Shown here piece after piece: positions 1-6,408 of a stretch of DNA of 13,592 bases. Made by a program: the position numbers and the translations under genes. The notes below the pieces were generated by a model. That model saw only the letters and a list, made by a program, of their open reading frames with translations. It was not told the origin of the DNA and searched no databases. How positions within the stretch are numbered: the first letter of the stretch is position 1; the number at the start of each line of letters is the position of its first letter. Source of the stretch: Oligoflexales bacterium (lineage in GTDB: Bacteria > Bdellovibrionota_B > Oligoflexia > Oligoflexales > CAIYRB01); the NCBI GenBank assembly GCA_041736175.1, contig JBGSUI010000159.1:1-13592 (forward strand), written 5' to 3'.

Positions 1-140
1 TATTCAAAAAATCTGCGGCATAGTATTGTATCGAGATTTAGTGGTTGTCGGACGCCATTGTAGGGCTTTTATATATTAATTTATGCTAGAAAACTTTGTT
101 TTTTGATCCTTTTTGTTCAATTCTTTGCAAGATCTAAGAA
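1..140. mobile_element. Left copy of a 140-bp perfect inverted repeat; probable end of an IS-like repeated element cut off by the window edge
   Basis: Base-by-base reverse complement of 13453-13592 (140/140). About 31% GC (44/140 by hand count), clearly more AT-rich than the coding regions. Identity stops abruptly after ...GCAAGATCTAAGAA. No transposase is visible, so the IS call is inference. Confidence 0.7.
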
Positions 141-288
141 GTTAGGGTCATGGGATCACAGGTCATAGGTCAGGTGTACGGATTAGCGATGGGCATCAGA
201 GCCATCAATATATGGTTTTTAAAACCCACAAGTCGCTCCGCAAGCAACGCTCTATTAAACACTCTTATCCGCCCCTTAACAGCATGAT

Positions 289-383
289 ATCAGATGATTT
301 TAAGATCAGATTTTAAGGACACTAAATTTTTACTTCGATATACCGATGGTGGGGAAGTAAGCACAATCTGGTAAGCAAATCTG
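289..383. repeat. Two pairs of short imperfect tandem repeats flanking the candidate promoter
   Basis: ATCAGATGATTTTAAG (289-304) and ATCAGATTTTAAG (305-317); GTAAGCACAATCTG (357-370) and GTAAGCAAATCTG (371-383). Confidence 0.55.
323..349 (+). promoter_or_regulatory. Candidate sigma28 (FliA)-type promoter for the fibre gene
   Basis: TAAA (323-326), 15-nt spacer, ACCGATGG (342-349), against the consensus TAAA-N15-GCCGATAA. AGGAG RBS at 421-425. Confidence 0.5.
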
Positions 384-431
384 GAGGACATTATAACAAG
401 CACCTTGGCGTGAAAAGAAAAGGAGTCAACT

Positions 432-3400
432 GTGATGAAAAACAAACTGAAAAAAATGATGCAAGATCCATCCCAGGGCCGGGACCCAGATCATAGCCTT
501 CAGGTCAGACTTGACCTCACCACAGGGATCTCCAAAAGACTCTCGTCAAGTCTTTCCTTGGCCTTTGTGATGTTCATAATGCTTCCATCGCCGCAGGCCC
601 TAGCCCTTGAGATCAGCTACTCGGGCCGCCTCCAAGAATCCACCGGCAAATCCAGCGACGGTCCCTTGGATTTTACGGTCAAATTTTATAACGACCCTAC
701 CAACGGTGATGTGGTCGGACCGACCCTCACCATGGCAAATATGGAGTTAATAGATGGAGTGTTTCAACTTAACCTTACATTAAATAACACTCAAATGGCC
801 GCCCTATTCGGAGACGGTTCTAAACCAGTTTATATCGAGATTGAAGCCGGAGGAAAGCTATATCCCCGCCAACGTTTTACGGCGGTACCCTTAGCCCTAA
901 GAGTCCCGGTCGACACCAACCGACTCAATTACACAAACGACGGCAAACTAACCATCGAGAGTGTAGACTTAAATCAGATCAGCGGACTCAGCGCTGCCTT
1001 GGCAGCAAAAGCCGATGCCAACGCAGTGTCAGGCAGTAGCGTTAAGATGTCCAACAACCTTTCCGACTTGACCAGCGCATCGACCGCCCGGACAAACCTC
1101 GGTCTAGGCCCCCTTGCCACCGCCAGCGCTGTGGGGACCACCGAGATCACCGATGGCTCGATCACGAACGTCGATATCAGCGCCTCCGCAGCTATCGCTG
1201 ACACCAAGCTCGCCACCATCGCCACTGCTGGCAAAGTCTCTGGATCTGCCATCACCTCGGGAACGATCGGTGGTGCGACCACATTCGACAGCTCCGGAGC
1301 GGTCACCACTTCAGGTACCATCACCGGAACTGGCCATTTCGTGGTGGGCGGCACCGGTTCTGCGACCACTGAGTTACGCTTTAACGACAACGACAATAGC
1401 AATTATGTGACTCTTAAGGCTCCCGCAACGGTCACGACCAACACCTCGTTTATCCTGCCCGCCGCCGACGGCACGGGCGGACAGCTGCTTAAGACGGATG
1501 GATCAGGCAATCTCGGCTGGATCAGTGTCGGTGGTGGAGGCGATATGCTCGCCGGCAATAACCTTTCTGATTTGACCAATAAACCACTGGCAAGGACAAC
1601 ACTTGGTTTAGGTAGCCTCGCCACCTTAAACACGGTTGGCAGCACTGAAATCACTGATGCCTCGATCATGAACGCCGATATCAACACCTCAGCAGCCATC
1701 GCCACTTCCAAACTCTCCGGAGCAGTCACGGGCATCACAGGCCATGGTCTGGGATCTTTGGCCACAGCCTCCGCCGTCTCCGGGGGCACCGCAGGAACCA
1801 TCACGGACGACTCGATCACCGACGCCGATATCAACTCTGCTGCGGCGATCGCTCAATCAAAAATCTCGGGCCTTACCACATCTCTCTCAGGCAAAGAATC
1901 CACGGTCGCTACCGGAACAACTGCTCAGTTTTACCGTGGCGACAAAGCTTGGACCGACTTTAACACCACTGCTCGCAGCGCCGTCAGCAACTCCGCTCCT
2001 CTCACCTATAACAGCGGCACCGGAGTGTTTGGTCTCGGCCAAGCCAGCGGCGTAGCTGATGGGTATCTATCCTCCTCAGACTTTACGGTGTTTAACGCTA
2101 AACAAGCCGCTATCTCGGTCTCGACCACTGTCGATGCCGGTACTGTGACGACCGCACAACAAAATGGGATCCAGCTTAAGCCTTTTAACACCGCCGCTGG
2201 AAATACCGGTGAGCTCCGCTTTACAGAACTCGCTGCAGCTGGCACCAACTACGTGGGTTTTAAAGCTCCCGACACCCTTGCTGGTGATCGGATTTGGACT
2301 CTCCCTCCTAGTGATGGGACCAGTGGCCAGGTCCTCCGCACCGACGGCTCGGGGATTTTGAGCTGGATCTCACCAAGTGCCGGAAACATGCTCGCCAGCA
2401 ATAACCTTTCTGACGTAGCAAGTGCCTCCACTGCACGAACCAATCTTGGTTTAGGTGGGCTCGCTACCCTCAGCAATGTGGGCAGCACAGAGATCACCAA
2501 CGACTCGATTATAAACGCCGACATCAACGATTCGGCAGCCATCGCCACTTCTAAACTCTCCGGTGCTGTCACGTCGATCACAGGCCATGGTCTTGGATTC
2601 TTGGCCACTCTCAGCAACGTCGGCAGCACTGAGATCACAAACGACTCGATTATGAACACCGATATCAATACCTCCGCAGCCATCGCCACTTCGAAACTCT
2701 CGGGTGCTGTCACCTCTATCTCCAGCCATGGCCTTGGATCTTTGGCCACCCTCAGCAACGTCGGCAGCACAGAAATCACCAACGACTCCATTGTCGACGC
2801 GGATATCAACGCGTCGGCAGCCATCGCTGATACAAAACTAGCGACCATTTCCACAGCCGGTAAAGTCTCAGGCTCCGCTATCACATCGGGGACCATCGGC
2901 GGCTCCACGGTGATAGCTACCTCAGGTCAGATCTCCAGCACCGGCAATATTCGCGTTGCGGGGACAGGTGTGACGGCAACGGATCTGCGTTTTGGCGATA
3001 ACGATGACAGCAACTACGTCGGATTTAAAGCACCAGCTACTATCACCACCAACCGTATATGGACCCTTCCAGCAGCAGATGGCACCAGTGGCCAGATCCT
3101 TAAAACCGACGGCTCAGGCACCCTAAGCTGGATCAGTGCAGGCGGTGGCGGTGACTTGTTTGCTGCTAACAACCTCTCCGATCTCGCCAATGCCAGCACG
3201 GCCCGAACCAATCCTGGTTTAGGTGGGCTCGCCACTCTCAGCAATGTGGGCAGCACAGAGATCACCAACGACTCGATTGTGAACACCGATATCAATGCCT
3301 CAGCTGCCATCGCCACTTCTAAACTCTCCGGTGCTGTCACGTCGATCACAGGCCATGGCCTTGGATCTTTGGCCACCCTCAGCAATGTCGGCAGCACGGA

Positions 3401-5516
3401 GATCACTAACGACTCGATCATGAACGCTGATGTCAATGCCTCAGCAGCCATAGCTACCTCCAAACTCTCTGGGGCTGTCACTGACATCGCCAGCCATGGC
3501 CTTGGATCTTTGGCCACCCTAAGCACTGTGAGCAGCACCGAAATCACCAACGACTCCATTGTCGACGCTGATATCAACGCATCGGCAGCCATTGCTGATA
3601 CTAAACTAGCAACCATTTCCACAGCCGGTAAAGTCTCAGGCTCAGCCATCACCTCAGGGACCATCGGCGGCTCCACTGTGGTTACCACTTCAGGCCAGCT
3701 TTCCAGCACCGGCAATATTCGCGTTGCAGGGACTGGTGTGACGGCAACGGACCTTCGATTTGGCGATAACGACGACAGCCACTACGTGGGCTTCAAGGCT
3801 CCCGGTACAGTCACCACCGACAAAATCTGGACCCTTCCAGCAGCTGATGGCACCAGCGGCCAGGTCCTCCGCACGGACGGCTCGGGGATTTTGAGCTGGA
3901 TTTCTCCAAGTACCGGAAACATGCTCGCCAGCAATAATCTTTCTGATTTAGCGAGTGCATCCACCGCTCGAACCAATCTTGGTTTAGGTGGCCTCGCCAC
4001 CCTCAGCAATGTGGGCAGCACAGAGATCACCAACGACTCCATCATGAACGCCGACATCAATGCCTCAGCTGCCATCGCCACCTCTAAACTCTCCGGTGCT
4101 GTCACGTCGATCACCGGCCATGGCCTTGGATCTCTAGCCACTCTCAGCAACGTCGGCAGCACGGAGATCACCAACGACTCCATCATGAACACCGACATCA
4201 ATACTGCTGCAGCGATCGCCACCTCTAAACTCTCCGGTGCGGTCACCTCTATCGCCAGCCATGGCCTTGGATCTTTGGCCACCCTAAGCACTGTGGGCAG
4301 CGCCGAGATCACCAATGACTCGATCATGAATGCCGATATCAACGCTTCAGCAGCCATCGCTGATACTAAACTAGCAACCATTTCCACAGCCGGTAAAGTC
4401 TCAGGCTCAGCCATCACCTCAGGTACCATCGGCGGCACCACGGTGATTGCCAACTCCGGCCAGATCTCTACCACGGGTCACATGCGTGTGGCTGCGACCG
4501 GTGGTGCGGCGACTGATCTGCGTTTTGGAGATAACGACGACAGCCACTACGTGGGATTCAAGGCGCCCGCCACAGTCACCACGAACTATATTTGGACCCT
4601 GCCCTCAGTCGATGGCACGAGCGGCCAGGTCCTCTCCACCAACGGCAGCGGGGCCCTTACCTGGGCGAGCTCCTTTAGAGGGACTGGTACTGGCGGTGGA
4701 GCTGCCTCCAATCCCAGCACCGGCTGCCCTACAGGCTATATTTTAGTTCCAGGAGATGCTGCCTTTGGCACCACTGATTTTTGTGTGATGAAGTATGAGG
4801 CTAAATTTGGGCCAAAAGGAGCTTTATCACAGGCCATAGGTTTACCTGCCCGATATCTCCCCCAATTCAGCGCCCAGGCCTCCTGCCGCAATCTCGGCCC
4901 AGGCTATGCCCTGATCAACAACGCCGAATGGATGACCGTGGCCACCAATGCGGCCAACGTAGCCTCTAACTGGAGCGGCGCCTCGGTGGGCAGCGGCGCC
5001 CTTAACCGTGGCCATACCGATAGCTCGCCTGCGGATGCCCTCACCGCGGTCACGGACGACAACGACCCTTGTAACGGCACCGGACAGTCTTGCAACTCCT
5101 CCACCTGGAACCAGCAACGCCGCACCCATGTGCTTTCTAACTCTAACGTCATCTGGGACCTTGCCGGAAATGTCTGGGAGTGGGTGGACTATATTAACCG
5201 CGACAATAAACCCACCCCAGCGACAGGAGCCTATTACGAATTCACAGCCATCTCGGGATCGACCGTGATGCCCAAAACTGAGCTGGTCCCCACCAATGCG
5301 GTAAAGGCTTGGTGGAGCGATTCTTGGAATGGGTCCACTCAAAGCATAGGCCAAATCTTTCCCAGTACCAACGCAAGCGGGGGTGCGTTGCTCCGTGGTG
5401 GCAGTTGGGAAGATGGCGTGGGCTCCGGCTTGTTTGCCGTGAGTATGTACAACAATCCCTCGGGCACCAACACGGTCATCGGCTTCCGCTGTGTCTTCCG
5501 TCCCGAGAGCTTATAG
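432..5516 (+). CDS. Large secreted phage-tail-fibre-like repeat adhesin with C-terminal FGE-sulfatase/C-type-lectin-fold domain
   Basis: 1694-aa ORF with AGGAG RBS (start GTG432 or ATG435). Hydrophobic segment ends in ALA|LEISYSGRL, signal-peptide-like. Ser/Thr/Gly/Ala-rich stalk has 5x NNLSDxxxxxxARTxLGLGxLAT and 5x LRF...YVxxKAP...LPxxDGxxGQxLxTxGSGxLxW. C-terminal domain (from ~4725) has FCVMKYEAK, NAEW, DLAGNVWEW, RGGSW and GFRC, the hallmarks of the FGE-type CLec fold. Confidence 0.85.
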   Translation: MMKNKLKKMMQDPSQGRDPDHSLQVRLDLTTGISKRLSSSLSLAFVMFIMLPSPQALALEISYSGRLQESTGKSSDGPLDFTVKFYNDPTNGDVVGPTLTMANMELIDGVFQLNLTLNNTQMAALFGDGSKPVYIEIEAGGKLYPRQRFTAVPLALRVPVDTNRLNYTNDGKLTIESVDLNQISGLSAALAAKADANAVSGSSVKMSNNLSDLTSASTARTNLGLGPLATASAVGTTEITDGSITNVDISASAAIADTKLATIATAGKVSGSAITSGTIGGATTFDSSGAVTTSGTITGTGHFVVGGTGSATTELRFNDNDNSNYVTLKAPATVTTNTSFILPAADGTGGQLLKTDGSGNLGWISVGGGGDMLAGNNLSDLTNKPLARTTLGLGSLATLNTVGSTEITDASIMNADINTSAAIATSKLSGAVTGITGHGLGSLATASAVSGGTAGTITDDSITDADINSAAAIAQSKISGLTTSLSGKESTVATGTTAQFYRGDKAWTDFNTTARSAVSNSAPLTYNSGTGVFGLGQASGVADGYLSSSDFTVFNAKQAAISVSTTVDAGTVTTAQQNGIQLKPFNTAAGNTGELRFTELAAAGTNYVGFKAPDTLAGDRIWTLPPSDGTSGQVLRTDGSGILSWISPSAGNMLASNNLSDVASASTARTNLGLGGLATLSNVGSTEITNDSIINADINDSAAIATSKLSGAVTSITGHGLGFLATLSNVGSTEITNDSIMNTDINTSAAIATSKLSGAVTSISSHGLGSLATLSNVGSTEITNDSIVDADINASAAIADTKLATISTAGKVSGSAITSGTIGGSTVIATSGQISSTGNIRVAGTGVTATDLRFGDNDDSNYVGFKAPATITTNRIWTLPAADGTSGQILKTDGSGTLSWISAGGGGDLFAANNLSDLANASTARTNPGLGGLATLSNVGSTEITNDSIVNTDINASAAIATSKLSGAVTSITGHGLGSLATLSNVGSTEITNDSIMNADVNASAAIATSKLSGAVTDIASHGLGSLATLSTVSSTEITNDSIVDADINASAAIADTKLATISTAGKVSGSAITSGTIGGSTVVTTSGQLSSTGNIRVAGTGVTATDLRFGDNDDSHYVGFKAPGTVTTDKIWTLPAADGTSGQVLRTDGSGILSWISPSTGNMLASNNLSDLASASTARTNLGLGGLATLSNVGSTEITNDSIMNADINASAAIATSKLSGAVTSITGHGLGSLATLSNVGSTEITNDSIMNTDINTAAAIATSKLSGAVTSIASHGLGSLATLSTVGSAEITNDSIMNADINASAAIADTKLATISTAGKVSGSAITSGTIGGTTVIANSGQISTTGHMRVAATGGAATDLRFGDNDDSHYVGFKAPATVTTNYIWTLPSVDGTSGQVLSTNGSGALTWASSFRGTGTGGGAASNPSTGCPTGYILVPGDAAFGTTDFCVMKYEAKFGPKGALSQAIGLPARYLPQFSAQASCRNLGPGYALINNAEWMTVATNAANVASNWSGASVGSGALNRGHTDSSPADALTAVTDDNDPCNGTGQSCNSSTWNQQRRTHVLSNSNVIWDLAGNVWEWVDYINRDNKPTPATGAYYEFTAISGSTVMPKTELVPTNAVKAWWSDSWNGSTQSIGQIFPSTNASGGALLRGGSWEDGVGSGLFAVSMYNNPSGTNTVIGFRCVFRPESL
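1053..4664 (+). repeat. Nested intragenic tandem repeats: 141-bp (47-aa) units inside ~765-771-bp (~256-aa) super-repeats
   Basis: CAGCAAyGTsGGCAGCAC recurs at 2471, 2612 and 2753 (141-bp period). The LRF motif codon starts at 1374, 2214, 2985, 3753 and 4518 (spacings 840, 771, 768, 765). Confidence 0.95.
5385..5516 (+). other. Putative DGR variable region (VR) with adenine-free 3' segment (IMH-like)
   Basis: Encodes ALLRGGSWEDGVGSGLFAVSMYNNPSGTNTVIGFRC. Presumed variable codons are almost all NNY, and 5479-5505 has no adenine. No template repeat in the window to confirm. Confidence 0.6.
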
Positions 5517-5532
5517 GAGGGTCCATGGACTC

Positions 5533-5559
5533 AAGGAGCAAAAGGAGCAAAAGGAGCAA
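5533..5559. repeat. Three perfect tandem copies of AAGGAGCAA
   Basis: Read directly at 5533-5541, 5542-5550 and 5551-5559. Confidence 0.95.
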
Positions 5560-5610
5560 AACGACAAAAGAGCTCCTATGTCAGGAATTCAATCATCGAC
5601 TTTACTCCGT

Positions 5611-5630
5611 AAAACCCGTCTAGACGGATC
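5611..5630 (-). terminator. Probable intrinsic terminator of the tRNA-Lys/Glu transcript
   Basis: Minus strand reads GATCCGT-CTAG-ACGGGTTTT, a short hairpin running into a T tract, 13 nt after the tRNA-Glu CCA. Confidence 0.5.
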
Positions 5631-5643
5631 TATCTTAAGTAAG

Positions 5644-5721
5644 TGGCGTCCCCAGCGGGATTCGAACCCGCGTCGCCGCCGTGAAAGGGCGGTGTCCTGG
5701 GCCAGGCTAGACGATGGGGAC
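5644..5721 (-). tRNA. tRNA-Glu (anticodon TTC)
   Basis: Reverse complement GTCCCCATCGTCTAGCCTGGCCCAGGACACCGCCCTTTCACGGCGGCGACGCGGGTTCGAATCCCGCTGGGGACGCCA. Acceptor stem GTCCCCA/TGGGGAC, anticodon arm CCGCC-CTTTCAC-GGCGG, GTTCGAA T-loop, encoded CCA. Confidence 0.97.
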
Positions 5722-5737
5722 AGGACTTTAAAGAAAC

Positions 5738-5813
5738 TGGTGAGCCGTGCTGGATTCGAACCAGCGACCCGTACATTAAAAGTGTACTGCTCTACCAACT
5801 GAGCTAACGGCCC
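5738..5813 (-). tRNA. tRNA-Lys (anticodon TTT)
   Basis: Reverse complement GGGCCGTTAGCTCAGTTGGTAGAGCAGTACACTTTTAATGTACGGGTCGCTGGTTCGAATCCAGCACGGCTCACCA. 76 nt, anticodon arm GTACA-CTTTTAA-TGTAC, encoded CCA. Confidence 0.97.
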
Positions 5814-5856
5814 TAGGCTATTGCGCCAAAAGAGGCGATTCACCGTGGGAGAAATC

Positions 5857-5885
5857 TTTGTACAGGGGTAGGGGTTTTGAGTCAA
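5857..5885 (-). promoter_or_regulatory. sigma70-type promoter for the tRNA pair
   Basis: Minus strand TTGACT, 17-nt spacer, TACAAA, with an A-tract upstream (UP-element-like); 43 nt before tRNA-Lys. Confidence 0.6.
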
Positions 5886-5967
5886 TGCGAAATCTTGGAT
5901 TTTTTTCTTGGCCCCCAAAAAAGTTATCGGAAGGACTACAGAGTAAGCTTGTCGAGAGCAGAAAACA

Positions 5968-5996
5968 TTGCTTTTTTGGGAGGATCCCTATAGAAT
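5968..5996 (+). promoter_or_regulatory. sigma70-type promoter for the rightward gene run
   Basis: TTGCTT (5968-5973), 17-nt spacer, TAGAAT (5991-5996); followed by a GAAAGGT RBS-like sequence and ATG at 6032. Confidence 0.6.
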
Positions 5997-6031
5997 CCTC
6001 CCGTCTTTTAGCCGAAAGGTTCGTAAATTTT

Positions 6032-6355
6032 ATGACCATCATCAAAAGAAGCCGCTCTGACTCAACCTCTGATCTTGTTTCAGCAATCGCTGCCTTGGTG
6101 CCTCTCCTCCAAGACCAAAAAGAAAAAGAGGCTGCGCAGGAACTCTTGGAGGCTTCAACCGATTTGAAAAAAGCAACTCCAGGAAGCGCTGAGCACAAAG
6201 CCGCCGTTGCGAAAATCATCGAGGCTTTTGAGGGAGATCACGAACTCCTCGCATACACATTCCAAAGGGGCACCTCCGCTGGCCAGTGGACTGAAGTGGA
6301 ACAACTCGCTGAAGCTAGTTCAAGGGTCATCAGCCTCGCCCGCAGAATGCAGTAA
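6032..6355 (+). CDS. Hypothetical protein, 107 aa, probably all-helical
   Basis: The track ORF starts at 5858, but that extension overlaps two promoters. In-frame ATG6032 follows a promoter and RBS. Amphipathic Ala/Glu/Lys/Leu-rich sequence; family not recognised. Confidence 0.75.
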   Translation: MTIIKRSRSDSTSDLVSAIAALVPLLQDQKEKEAAQELLEASTDLKKATPGSAEHKAAVAKIIEAFEGDHELLAYTFQRGTSAGQWTEVEQLAEASSRVISLARRMQ

Positions 6356-6408
6356 GATCGCCCTTCGGCGTCCTGCTGAATCTTCAAGTGACTCCTGATC
6401 GGCGGACT

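Noticed and set aside
58..87. Promoter in the repeat reading toward the fibre gene (TTGTAG-N18-TATGCT)
   Set aside because: Weak match in AT-rich DNA; expected by chance.
141..431. DGR template repeat in this or other intergenic regions
   Set aside because: No AAC-rich copy of 5385-5510 was seen here, at 5517-5643, 5814-6031 or 9659-9794, and no RT ORF is in the window.
974..4474. Series of long minus-strand ORFs (142-233 aa) with repeated sequence
   Set aside because: Antisense shadows of the repetitive, codon-biased fibre gene; they end at equivalent repeat positions.
2250..4550. CRISPR-like periodicity
   Set aside because: Repeats are 141 bp and ~768 bp, in frame, vary mostly at synonymous sites, and have no unique spacers or cas genes.
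432..5516. Prophage tail fibre gene
   Set aside because: It has a signal-peptide-like leader and no neighbouring phage genes.
5491..5918. ORFs 5491-5802 (+) and 5589-5918 (-)
   Set aside because: They overlap the two tRNA genes and are spurious.
5858..6031. N-terminal extension of the 165-aa ORF
   Set aside because: It overlaps divergent promoters; ATG6032 has the RBS.
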